A program made the position numbers and the translations under genes. Positions 27,393-39,743 of a stretch of DNA of 64,000 nt are shown in pieces. Position 1 is the stretch's first letter. Each line of letters starts with the position of its first letter. The notes beneath the pieces are model-generated. The model saw only the letters and a program-made list of their open reading frames with translations, searched no databases and was not told where the DNA came from. The stretch is from Octopus vulgaris (taxonomy: Eukaryota), in the NCBI GenBank assembly GCA_951406725.2, contig OX597817.1, forward strand, positions 61,194,001 through 61,258,000. Reading direction: 5' to 3'.

Positions 27393-30300
27393 ATAATAAT
27401 AATAATGTTCGTCCTTCGGTTCGAAGATGACCAACTGACATCATCTGATGGAACTGCCGCCATGAGACCGGAGGTGGCTGGTGAGGCCAATCCGGGCAAG
27501 GAAGCCCCTCCCACAGGTGGGGCAGAAGTGGGTAGGGGCAGTGCTACTGGTGCAGGCGGCTCTGACTTTACGCATCTGACGTTTCTGCTCCGCTGACCGA
27601 ATCCGTCCCTCCTCGGCTGTCCCTGCTCCCACGGTGATTACGCTGCGCCAGGATGAGCGGTTGGCAGCAAGTGTCTCCCAGGTCTCTGTTCCGATGGAGA
27701 AGTCTTTGAGAGAGACCTTGAGACTATCCTTGTAGCGCTTTTTCTGCCCTCCGACTTTGCGCCTGCCCTGGCCGAGTTCACCGTAAAAGAGCTGTTTTGG
27801 GATGCGAGTGTCGGACATGCGGGAGACGTGGCCCGCCCATCTCAGCTGGGCCTTGCGCATGATTGTGATGGTGCTAGGGAGATCTGCCTGCTTCAGAACT
27901 TCCGTGTCTGGGACTTTGTCCTGCCAGCGGATGTGAAGGAGATTCCGAAGACACCTGAGATGGAAGTGGTTTATCTGGCGCTCGTGCCTTCGGTAAGCAG
28001 TCCACGTCTCGCAGCCGTATAGTAGGGTGGTAAGCACGACTGCCCGGTAGACTTTCAGCTTGGTGTTGAGGCTGATTCCTCTCCGCTCCCAGACTTTCTT
28101 TCGCAGTCTCCCAAACGCGCTGCTTGCCTTGGAGATTCTGTTGATGGTTTCAGCATCTATGTTGGCATTGCAGGAGAGAGTGCTGCCCAGGTAGGTGAAG
28201 TTTTCCACCACTCGTAGGATCCGTCCGTTCACCCTTATCTGAGGCTCATGGTATTGTTTGCCGGGGGCTGGCTGAAACATCACTTCGGTTTTCTTTGCAC
28301 TGATGGTGAGACCGAAGTTGTCACAGGCTGATGAGAACCTGTCCATCTCGAGCTGCATCTCCTGCTCATCGATTGCATTAAGGGCGCAGTCGTCAGCAAA
28401 GAGAAAGTCTCTGACGACTGTCTCCCTCACCTTTGTGACAGCCTGCAATCTCCTGGAGTTGAAAAGTTTCCCGTCTGTCCTGTACTTGATGTTGATACCG
28501 GACTTGCAGTCCCTAAAGGCGTCGGACCTCATTGCCGAGAACATGATGCTGAACAGTGTTGGGGCCAGGACACAGCCCTGCCTGACTCCGTTGGTCACCT
28601 GGAAGGCTTCAGATGAGTCGCCGTCCTCAAGGATTCTGGCTGTCATTCCGTCGTGGAACTGGCGGACAATTGCAATAAATTTGCTGGGGCAACCAAATTT
28701 TCCCATGACCTTCCATAGTCCCTCCCGACTGACTGTATCAAAGGCCTTGGTGAGGTCAACAAAGGTCATGCAGAGGTCAAGGTGCTGCTCCATGCATTTC
28801 TCCTGGATCTGGCGGGCGGCGAATATCATGTCAGTGGTCCCTCGACCCGCACGGAAGCCACACTGGCTCTCAGGGAGAAGACCTTGCTCCAAGTGTTCCA
28901 GAAGGCAGTCAAGCAGGACCCGGGCCAGGATCTTGCCTGCTATGGACAAGAGGGAAATACCTCGGTGGTTGTCGCAGGACTGCCGATCTCCTTTCCGCTT
29001 ATAAATGTGGACGATTGTTGCATCCCGGAAATCTTGAGGGAGTTGTTCCCTGTCCCACATCGACTGGAACAGGCTGGTGAGCTGACTGATCATGGTGGGG
29101 CCGCCCGACTTGAACACCTCTGCAGGGATGGCGTCAGAGCCTGGAGCTTTGCCGGTGGACATTTTTTTGATGGCTCTGCTCACTTCCTCGACTGCAGGGG
29201 GAACAGCCAACTCGTGGTTTGTCGGCACCTGGGGGAGTCGTGCGATGGCTTCCTCGTTGATCTGGGCTGGTCGGTTGAGCACGATGTTGAAGTGCTCCGC
29301 CCATCTCTCCAGGATCAGCCTCTTGTTAGTCAGGAGTGAGGTTCCATCTGAGCTGAGCAGGGGGGTTGATCCAAAGGAGAACTGCGGTCCATAGACAGCT
29401 TTCAGCGCCTCGTAGAATTTCTTGGTGTCGTGTTTGTCTGCGTATCCCTGAATCTCATCCGCCTTGGCGCTTAACCATGCGTCTTGCATGAGGCGGAGTT
29501 TAGCCTGGACTGTGCTGCGAATGTTGTTGAAAGCGGCCTTCTTTGCCGTGCAGGTGGTGTCATTTTGGTGAGCCCGCAGCAGACGGCGTTTCTCTTCCAG
29601 GAGCTTTTGGATTTCCTGGTCGTTTTCGTCGAACCAGTCCTGGTGGTTCCTCGTAATTTGGCCCAGAGTTTCAAGGGCGATGGAATGAACCGTGTCCCTG
29701 AATGATTCCCACTGCTCATCGATGCTGGACTGGTCACTCCGAATGTCCAACAGCTTACTGTCCATACGTGACTGGAGATCTTGTGCAGTCAGCTGGTTCC
29801 TTAATTTCGTGATGTTAAGCTTCCTCGTCACTTTCTGACCCTGTGGTCTTCTCTTAGGTCGGATGTAGAAATCCATCCTGGAGATGATGAGGCGATGGTC
29901 CGTCCAGCAGTCAGCTCCGCACATGGCTTTGACCAGTCTCACGTCCCGCCTGTCTTTCGCCCTGACGATGACGTAATCTATCAGATGCCAGTGTTTGGAG
30001 CGTGGATGCATCCATGATGTCTTGTTGCGTGTTGGCAGACGGAACAAGGTGTTGGCGATGGTAAGATCATGAGAGGCACACGCACGCAGGAGGAGCTGTC
30101 CGTTGCTGTTGCACTTTCCGATTCCTTGCTTTCCCAGTACGCGATGCCAGGCTTGGTGGTCAGTCCCGACACGGGCGTTAAAATCCCCAAGGAGGATGAG
30201 CTTCCCAGGCTGGGCTGACGTGATGAGGGAGTCGAGTTCCTCATAGAACCTGTCCTTAACTTCTTCAGGGTTGGTCATGGTGGGGGCGTAAGCACTGATG

Positions 30301-31368
30301 ATGGTCGCACTAGTCTTGTTTCCAAGTGGGAGCTGCATCTTCATCAGCCGATCGTTGATACCCTCGGGGGGCTTTCCAGTTTCCGCACGTGTACTGACTT
30401 AATGGCAAAACCAACACCAGCCTCACGACGCTCTTCGCTGCTGCGACCACTCCAAAAGAAAGTGTAGCCGCCGCCTGTCTCTGTCAGCTGGCCTTTGTCC
30501 GCAAGGCGGGTCTCGCTCAGTGCTGCAATATCGACACTGTATCGGCTCAGTTCTCTGGCCACCAGGGCAGTTCGTCTCTCTGGTCTGTCCGCTTTGGTGT
30601 TGTCAAGCAGAGTTCTCACGTTCCAAGTTGCGAAAGTGAGCACCTTTGTTTGTTTTCTTCTTTTTTTGTTTCGACCGCTTGGAAAGGATCCCCGCCAGCC
30701 GCGGTTTGCTGACCAGGGTGAGGTGAGGCAGGCTATGTTTAGGGCAACCTTTTCTAGCCCCGTCCTCATGCTGGGGAAGCGAGCAGAGCGATCCTGAAGA
30801 GGGCTGCTCGGTCACTCAGGAGGCTGCCGGACTCCACTGCTGCCTCAGTTCAGTGAGGGGCGACCACATGTCCTGAGCCGCCTGTGTGTGGGTTCACGAC
30901 TGCAGCTCCCAGTGTATCCTCACCTGCTACTTCGCCGTTTCCCCATCGCCACAGGACTTTGGGATGGTGTCATGGCGTCATGATGTCGTGACATGCGCGT
31001 GACTTGGATTATAGTGAGGGTGACTTGCGCAGGATCAGCCTCACTCTCTCGTCCTGGTGCGCCGGATCCAGTGGCAAGACAAAGTCAAGACGACTGGGGG
31101 TAGACCAAGATGCAGGAGCTGCCGGAAGGTGGCACGCATGGCGCAATCCAACCGCCTTAGGGGCTCCACTCCGGATTTTGGATGGCCATTGACTCATGAG
31201 AGAGTTCCTCTGCCCTTTGACAGGTTTTGTTTTTAGTCCTGCTGGGTGTCCAAATCACCCTCCTCACCAAGAAATATTGGTGAGGTTGCCAGTTTAGTCG
31301 CCAACGACCCGACCATGTAACAGGTTGTACTGGGTTACATGTTACCAGTAACTCCAAGCGGAGACCTG
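27393..31368 (-). mobile_element. Full-length RTE-clade LINE (BovB/AviRTE-like), about 4 kb
   Basis: 13-bp TSD ACACACACACATA at 27380-27392 and 31369-31381; about 600-bp 5' UTR; APE, RT and C2H2 coding region; 3' end GTCATCTTCGAACCGAAGGACGAACA plus (TTA)n. Confidence 0.95.
27441..30769 (-). CDS. RTE ORF: AP endonuclease, reverse transcriptase and C-terminal zinc finger, split by one frameshift near 30366-30371
   Basis: Motifs TWNVRTL, AALSETR, GDFNARVG, IDYVIV, TDHRL, QCGFR, DLTKAFD, GVRQGCVLAP, FADD and CPTCGRGF...HLRSH. The 141-aa and 967-aa ORFs join if one C is added to the C6 run (...SPPEGINDRLMKMQ). Confidence 0.93.
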
Positions 31369-32206
31369 ACACACACACATACACACACACACACTCACAT
31401 ATGTATGTATGTATGTATTTACATATTTATTACGATGCTCGTAAACAAGTGTGTACTTAATACCTGTGGTTTCGTTTATGTGAGCAGTTAGACTTTCACA
31501 GCTTTACTACTCAAGCGGCAATGAGCCAGCCTTTATCTTTACCCTTGTTTTTTACACTGTACCCATGCTGGTGCACCGCCTTACCCCAGTACTTATATTT
31601 GTGTCTGGTACTTATTTTATCGTTCTCTTTTCCCGAATCGCTAAGCTATGGGGACTGTTTCCGAGGGGTGGCGGAGAACAAGCATGGAGGGTAGAACAAT
31701 TCTCTCCGTCAACGTACTCGCATACTACGAGAGAATACAACATGCTTGGAAGAACTCAGCATATGTAGTAGGATATCTTTTTATATCGAACACCTGACGT
31801 GACACAGACTGCATTGATTGGTGCAACTCAACGAGATGCACAATATCCTATCCGTAAGGGACAGCTGCAAGGCGGGTCGAAACGATCGTATTGTTGAATA
31901 AAGATTCGTATCAAACCCATTTTCCGTTCCCTCATCAATTGTGTGTGTGTATGTGTGTATGTGTGTGTTTTCTTAAGTCAGTGCCCAAGCAAGGTGCCAT
32001 GTAGTGGGGACTAAAAGCATTTGTTTTGAGAAGCTTTTTGCCACACAGTCATGCCAGTGTCTATGAAGAGTTCTCTAACAGGGTCACAGGACTTTTTAGA
32101 TTATTTAATGCAAAACCCTTCTTTAAATGATTCTCAGTCATTTCCTAAAAGATGCGATCTCTGATCCTCGAGTTTTATACCATTTTCTTGTGTCATATTC
32201 AAACAA

Positions 32207-32758
32207 GTGTCTTCAGATTACGCAATCCTTTGCTTTGGTAAAAAGAAAACATCCAAACTTGGTATGATCAGTTCAGTTTTCGTTTCTATCCTCACATATT
32301 GGGGTAGTGACCCGATGACCGAAGGAATTCAAGTGCGAATACAAGCAACCAAAATAGGGTTCCTCCAAAGGATCTCGGGGGTAAAGTTACTCGACAGCAT
32401 GCATGGCTCGGAGATCAACGGAATCTCTCCAGCTCTAACCACTACTTATTCGTATTGAGATGTCACAACTCATACAATGAATATGGGATTAGAAAGCCAC
32501 TTGATAGAATCGCCGGATGGTTTCTTCAAGCCGGACCAATCGGTGCGAGATCTGTGGGTAGATCAAGAATGAGATAGTTGAATAATATTCGTAGTTTCAG
32601 TTGGTTATGCTTAGGAATCCAGCCAAAAACCGTAATGACAAATGCATCTGATAGGAAGAGGTACCTGATGACTCTACCCTTACGATCCTCCCAGAAATAG
32701 TGTGCAGAGAAAATGGATGGATGGATGTATGGATGGATGGATGTATGGATGGATGGAG
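32207..32758 (+). pseudogene. Decayed RTE (Rex3/Expander-like) 3' fragment
   Basis: SVFVSILTY...MTEGIQVRIQATKIGFLQRISG resembles the Rex3 C-terminal region; ends in a (GGAT)n tail. Confidence 0.7.
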
Positions 32759-33535
32759 GGGTGATCTTTTGTGTGTGTCTTTGATCTGTGATCTTGTCTA
32801 TGTGTGGAAAATTTGTTACCGAATTTTGTTATTAGCATGTATGAGGGAAAAGAGAGTTTTTTTTTTTCTTGATACTTCAGAATTTTTTTTCAGCCAGTTG
32901 CAACGTGTAGTCATTTTTGTTCGTATTCAACGAGTAGTCATTTTTTGGTTCGTATTTTTTCTCTCTATTTGGAAATCATTTTTTTGTTTTTGTCCTTCAC
33001 CCTATTATGCTAATAAGTACTATTTTAAAGTCAGATGCGGCTTACATTCAGCAGACTTCGTGCTGCATGGATTGTCTGACCCATTCAACATGGACACTTA
33101 TCAACTCTCTCCAGTAGTCTTTAGTATGTTTCAATGCACAAAAGCAACGACCTTGCCTTTATTCAGATTACAGAATCTATTGGTAGGTGTTTGAAGAGCT
33201 TCTGCTCTTTAAGTCTAACCGAATCCCGTAGAGTTAGGCTGTTCGTATCAACTCACAAACACATGCATACATTCATACATGCACGCAAATATATGAATAC
33301 GTACATACATACATATATACATACATACATACATACATACATACATACATACATACATACATACATACATACATACATACATACATACATACATACATAC
33401 ATGCATACGCACGTATATACATACATGCATACGCACGTACATACATACATGTATACCGACAGAGAGACAGACAGACATATACATGCATACATACATGCGT
33501 ACATACATGCATGCATATATACATAGGTATATGTA

Positions 33536-34428
33536 TATGTGGTTTGACCAATAAGTATCCCGACTGTTGTTATAGTAACGAAGCTAAAGCAATCAGAGTG
33601 ACGCCGCTTGACACAGACTGACCTTCAACACTGCATGCGCACTAAGTTTTAACGTTCTAGCCCGCTTCCGCTGTTTTCAGCAGTGCTTGGAAGGAACGTG
33701 TGTAGCATGTGATCGTTGCATTGAACGTGACAGAGTAAGTTGAGCAGAGAATCTGCATCAAATTTGGCCAAAAGCTTGGCGATACTTGTTCCGAGGCCTA
33801 CGAAAAGTTTTCAAAAGGTTTTCATCGTTCTTGACAAAATCAAGGAGATCCTGTGCAACTGAAACCCGAGTGTCTTTTTGGTCAGCTGAAAGCAGTTTTG
33901 GCACAAACTTGGCAGACACGCATCTCATACCCGAATCTTCAGTGATAATGGACTAAACTGAACTGTAACTAATCTACATGTCCTCTGATAACTCACGGAT
34001 AGGGATTCGACGAATTCCCCTCACAACTACACGCACATCTGTAGTGTTTTCTGAGTTCTGCTGGTTGTGGGTCTCCGAGAATGTTTATCAATATCGACAT
34101 TTTTTCAGCCATCTTGGAAACGTCTGAACCACTCGTACACTTGTGTGCAGATCATACACTCCTTTCCATACATTTTCTGCAAGTTTGCGTAGGCCTCTGA
34201 GCAGGTATCGCCATGATATCTTTCTCTGACATGGTCAATGCGACGATCACACGCTACACACCTTCCTTTGAAGCACTGTTGTAAACGGCGGAAGTGAGCT
34301 AGAACGTTAAAATTTAATGCACATGCATAGCAGCGATCAAGGTGAATCTGTGCCAAGCGGCTTGCCACTGCGCGCTTTAGCATCGTTACTATGGCAACAG
34401 TCCGGATACTTATTGATCAGACCTCGTA
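33536..34428. mobile_element. Non-autonomous mariner derivative made of two inverted 5' ends
   Basis: TIRs TATGTGGTTTGACCAATAAGTATCC / GGATACTTATTGATCAGACCTCGTA. Inverted homology extends about 250 bp into the transposase N-terminus (ICIKF..GDTCSEAY; QVYEWFRRFQDG). Confidence 0.85.
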
Positions 34429-34435
34429 CATACAC

Positions 34436-34720
34436 AATATTCAAAATAGACCAGACATATTGATTTGGCATAGAAAATATAAGAAACTATGCACAGCAGT
34501 GGAAACCAGTTTCCCGGCGGATGTCAACATATAAACTAATGATCAGATCGAAAAGAAAACACCTACCCGGAACTACCGAGAAATTTACAGCTACCCCACC
34601 CGGATAACAAGTTCAAGTTTAAACCCGTTGTTATTTGATACTAGGATATGTAAACACGCTGCCTCAGCACCATTTTTGAGAAATAAGAGCTCTCAAAACC
34701 AGAAAGGGAGAAAGTACGCC
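34436..34720 (+). pseudogene. Decayed restriction-like endonuclease fragment of an R4-clade LINE
   Basis: NRPDILIW...LCTAVETSFPADVNI, a PD-(D/E)xK-type motif; frameshifted. Confidence 0.6.
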
Positions 34721-35177
34721 CATCATCCATCCATCCATGCATCCCATCCATCCATCCATCCATCCATCCATCCATCCATCCATCCATACATACATACATA
34801 CATACATACATACATGCAGGCATGCATACATACATACATACATACATACATACATACATACATACATACATACATACATACATACATTAGCCTCAAGGGT
34901 GACACGCCACCATATTCAGCACTGCTAACAATTCGGTAGTGCATTTAGCTGGTTTCAGTCTGTTGTAAGCATTTGAATAAGACACCCGATTGCCATACAA
35001 ACTGTGACTCTCCAGCAGACACTGACTGACAATTTAAAAAGGGACATCAACACGATCGAACCCAACCAACGCTCATCTCAAGATGAAAGAAAAGATACCA
35101 AGTTTCGAAACCTTCATCTGTTGTTTACAACAGGACAGATCACCACACACACACACACACGCAGGCATGTATGTATG

Positions 35178-35230
<53 letters not shown>

Positions 35231-35255
35231 ATGTGTGTATTTATATATATGTATA

Positions 35256-35473
35256 CTAGCAGTATCGCCCGGTGTTGCTCGGGTTTGTAAGGGAAATAAC
35301 TATATAAGCATTTTAGAGAGTTATAGCCAAAAAATAGCAAAAAATGCATTAAAAATGGAAAAAAAATGATGGTAATTTTTTTTAATAATCGTTGACTCAT
35401 CGTAGACAGTTTTAGAGAGTTACTTCCCTTATTTAATAGCAAAAAAATGCATTAAAATGGGAAAAAAATGATG
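35256..35473 (-). mobile_element. Helitron-type 3' end
   Basis: The minus strand has hairpin CCCGA...CCGGG followed by CTAG|T. An internal repeat (TAGCAAAAAATGCATTAAAA...GATGG) is present twice. Confidence 0.7.
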
Positions 35474-35677
35474 GTCTCTTATACTCTGCACTACATAAAT
35501 GGATATTGTTCGTCCAATGTTAAATAGACGACGCTGAATGGCACCACTTACCGCTGCAAATGATAACAGGTCGGCTTTATAAGAGGTGCTGGCACCTTGT
35601 GCAAGTGTCTCCTGCTCTAATCGCGGGCTGACGCAAAGCCTTGTAACTGAAGCAGGCAGATAGTAATTGTGTGGAAA

Positions 35678-35723
<46 letters not shown>

Positions 35724-36733
35724 TGCTGCGTGCAATGTGTTTATAAGTCATTTAAAAACACACAAAAACCGTTAGATTCACTTCAAAATTTAAATTTAAT
35801 TTGTCAAAATAGTTTCGTCGCTTTGAGACCGCGACCTGTTCACTGACAAAATTCCGTGAGATGCAGCACGGAATTTTGTCAGTGAACAAGTCGCGGTCTC
35901 AAAGCGACACGAAAATATTTAAACAAATTAAATTTAAATTTTGAAGTGAATCTAACAGCTTTTTTAAAAAAATGTTTTAAATGACTTATTTTAATGACCT
36001 TCCACGCTACAATTGTTTATGTTTTAGCATACGATCTTAGACAAGTATATATGTATATCCGAAATACGTGTGCAAGCATATGTATGAATGTGTATATGTG
36101 TGTATGTGTATGTGTGCATGTATGCATTATGAATGTATGTATGCATGTATGTATGTATGTATGAATTACAATAAGGTAGCCATTTGGCTTGCTGCCAAAT
36201 GTGGTCAAGAACCTAGGTATAAAAATAGACACTTTTAATGGTCATAAAGACAAACATAGATCGCCTTCAACACACTCCCTCACACAGGCGCGCACAGCTG
36301 AATCTATGATGTATAATTTTGAGCGGCGTTACCTAGGAAATAACTTTTGCTACTTATCACATTTATTATATTTTCCCCAAACGTTGCTATTCATTTTCAG
36401 CATCTTGAACAGATTAAATCTTGATTAAGAACAAAGATAACTGAATTGAAAGTGTACTGGACTGGCCTTGACCTTAGGACCGAACTGGGTGCCTTGTCGA
36501 AAAAAAAAAACGAAAAAAAGAACTACCGAGTCTCTTATACTCTGCACTACATAAATGGATATTGTTCGTCCAATGTTAAATAGACGACGCTGAATGGCAC
36601 CACTTACCGCTGCAAATGATAACAGATCGGCTTTATAAGAGGTGCTGGCACCTTGTGCAAGTGTCTCCTGCTCTAATCGCGGGCTCACGCAAAGCCTTGT
36701 AACTGAAGCAGGCAGATAGTAATTGTGTGGAAA

Positions 36734-36779
<46 letters not shown>

Positions 36780-37096
36780 TGCTGCGTGCAATGTGTTTAT
36801 AAGTCATTTAAAAACACACAAAAACCGTTAGATTCACTTCAAAATTTAAATTTAATTTGTCAAAATATTTTCGTCGTTTTGAGACCGCGACCTGTTCACT
36901 GACAAAATTCCGTGAGATGCAGCACGGAATTTTGTCAGTGAACAAGTCGCGGTCTCAAAGCGACACGAAAATATTTAAACAAATTAAATTTAAATTTTGA
37001 AGTGAATCTAACAGTTTTTTTTTAAAATGTTTTAAATGACTTATTTTAATGACCTTCCACGCTACAATTGTTTATGTTTTAGCATACGATCTTAGA
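35474..37096 (+). repeat. Near-identical direct duplication, 35474-36041 and 36530-37096
   Basis: About 567 bp at offset about 1056 with only a handful of differences; includes a fold-back PLE end. Confidence 0.95.
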
Positions 37097-37130
37097 TCAG
37101 GTCACTTGCTATGCAAGTACATCTCCGTAA
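36776..37130 (+). mobile_element. Fold-back PLE-type element with G3-C8 hammerhead (truncated duplicate at 35720-36041)
   Basis: About 115-bp inverted arms around the loop AGATGCAG, a one-sided tail, and (TA)n on both flanks. Confidence 0.7.
36856..36906 (-). ncRNA. Hammerhead motif, G3-C8 variant (second copy at 35800-35850)
   Basis: Consensus of the copies: TTTGTCA-GTGAACA-G-GTCGC(GGTCTCAAA)GCGAC-GAAA-ATAT-TT^TGACAAA, with 7-bp stem I, 5-bp stem II and palindromic stem III. Confidence 0.65.
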
Positions 37131-38764
37131 TATATATATATATATATATATAACACAAATAGCATTTAAAATTTACGACAGGTGTTTCGTTAGACTTTTA
37201 TTTAATATTGTGTGATAAAAGATTATATCATAAAATATAATCCACCACCATCAGGTAAAATTTAAACAGGTAAAATTCTGAGCGTCGACCTGGAGATAGT
37301 CAACAATCGTTGGACCAACACCTCATTTAAGTTTTAAACTTGAATATATTGGATAATTAAAGGTGTACTTTAAAGCAGGCAAATGAGAAACAGGGTGATC
37401 ATATAAATATACATTCTAAGTTCACTTATCTAAATAAATTTATGGCTTTACAATAATCCTGAATAATCTAGGAATCAGAAGACATAGCATTGCCATGTTT
37501 TGTAATTAAAATGTCATCAAAGTCTTGGCAGATATATTCTTGGTTAAAGGCGACATGTCACGAAGTTCACCGACCACGGACATCAAACATCAAACGATCA
37601 TTTACGTTCACTCATTATATACACGTGTGTACAGTAGATACGCGCACATACATACACACACAAACATATATTTATATACACATACACACGCACACACACG
37701 TATATATACACACACATGTGTGTGTGTGTTGTGTGTCAGTATGTATGTTTGTTCGTCACCATCGCTTGGCAACTGTGTTGGTTTGTATATGTTCACGTAA
37801 CTTAGTTGTTCGACAAAAGGCACTCGTTGCATAACTATCAAGCTTAAAAATAAGTACTGAGTCCAAATACTGCAACTACGCTCTTGAAGGCGGTGCCCCA
37901 GCATGGCCATAGTCTAATGACTGAAGTAAGCGTGGTTGGGAGGGAAGAGAAAAGACAGAAATATTTATCAGCAATCTGGTTTATTAGATTCCATTTGTAA
38001 TTAAGCCAGACGCCCATGGAAACATCTTTGAAAAAAATATTGTTGTGCCCGGCTGTTACAATCTTCAGCCTTTCATCTCTGAATCACAGCATTTATCCAC
38101 AGAGACTTTCACAATCTGCCTTACAGTAACGGTTATTTTGTGGTTCGGTCAGTGGAAGAAGTGTAGCGCCAATGAACATTCTTATGGTTTTAGAAACAAG
38201 GGCGAATGTTTTCTCTCACACTGGTGACATGTTCCAAATGCTTCTTAAAGAATGACCTCAGCTAAAGTTATAAAAACCCTAGCGAGTGTTTGGGTGCTGC
38301 ACCGAGTTGTAGAAAACGTTAGCCGACCCCACCCTCCCCAAAAGTTACCGAGCTTTATATTTTGCAACGTTGCCCTTCTTTTTGTGTACTTTAACTCACT
38401 TTACGTACGTACTTTTATATCAAACATAAAAACGTGAGTCTTTCTCAAGCCCTAGGAATTATAGGATCGGTTATCGGGATTCCATGGCGAAAAACGGAGC
38501 GCGATCACATTTACGGAACGGGAAGGCTGTCTGGAACAGGATGGTTACACATTTACAGCTGAGTGGACTGGAGCAATGTGAAATGAAGTGTTTTGTTCAA
38601 GAACAAGACGAACCACCCGGTGCGGGAATCGAAACCTCAATCTTGTGGTCGCGAGTGCATCGTCGTCCTAATCACTAAGACATAAGCACACTTCTAAATA
38701 AAAGACAACGCACTTCACAAAACCAGGATATTTCAGATCTCATCCGCAATACTTCTACTAATAC

Positions 38765-39163
38765 AAGGCGGCGAGCCGGTAGAAACGCTAGCACGCCAGG
38801 CGAAATGCTTAGCAGTATTTCGTCTGTCTTTATGTTCTGAGTTCAAATTCCGCCGAGGTCGACTTTGCCTTTCATCCTTTCGGGTTCGATAAATTAAGTA
38901 CCAGTTATGCACTGGGGTCGATATAATCGACTTAATCCGTTTGTCTGTCCTTGCTTGTTCTCTCTGTGTTTAGCCCCTTGTGGTTAGTAAAGAAATAGGT
39001 ATTTCGTCTGTCTTTACGTTCTGAGTTCAAATTCCGCCGAGGTCGACTTTGCCTTTCATCCTTTCGGGATCGATAAATTACGTACGAGTTGCGTACTGGA
39101 GTCGATCTAATCGACTTGTTCCCTCCCCCCAAAATTCGGGCCTTGTGCCTAGAGTAGAAAAGT
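38765..39163 (+). mobile_element. Nin-domain SINE, tandem dimer
   Basis: One head followed by two copies of the B box plus GCCTTTCATCCTTTCGGG module. Confidence 0.85.
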
Positions 39164-39648
39164 ATACTTCTATCAATAGAGACCTCTAAAATGGGTCTGA
39201 GATGTTTTGGCCCAGCCGTTCTAGCGCCATCAATTTGCCATCACTGATTCGACACTGATTTGATATTAAATGAGTTTGATATTAAATGAGTTAATGTTTG
39301 TATGTCCACTACGTATATATATATATATATATACGTAGTGGACATACAAACATAGCAAATTTAACAATTTCTCCATTGACTAAAATAGAAAGATGAAAAG
39401 CGTAAATCGATTTTCGAGCCTTATTAATCTCTCTTCAGTGTTGCCTACATCACTCTGGTGAATCCAGAAAAACAAACAGCCAGTGCGTTCCATACACAAA
39501 ACAAATCCAGTAGCTTTAGGTAACCGAGGCGACTAACTTGCAATATTATTGAGTATTTACTATCAGCGTCTTGTCAACGGAGATCTCAGCCGACACAGTA
39601 TCAGGAGAAGATATAAGATATGAACATTTTTATGTACGTGCGTGTGTA

Positions 39649-39743
<95 letters not shown>

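Noticed and set aside
28303-29737. Plus-strand and alternate-frame ORFs within the RTE element
   Set aside because: They are antisense or shadow frames of a GC-rich RT ORF with no motifs of their own.
31845-31905. GAC...GTC-GAAA-CGATCG-TA hammerhead-like half followed by AATAAA
   Set aside because: No recognisable NUGANNA core or stem I; too decayed to include in the ribozyme series.
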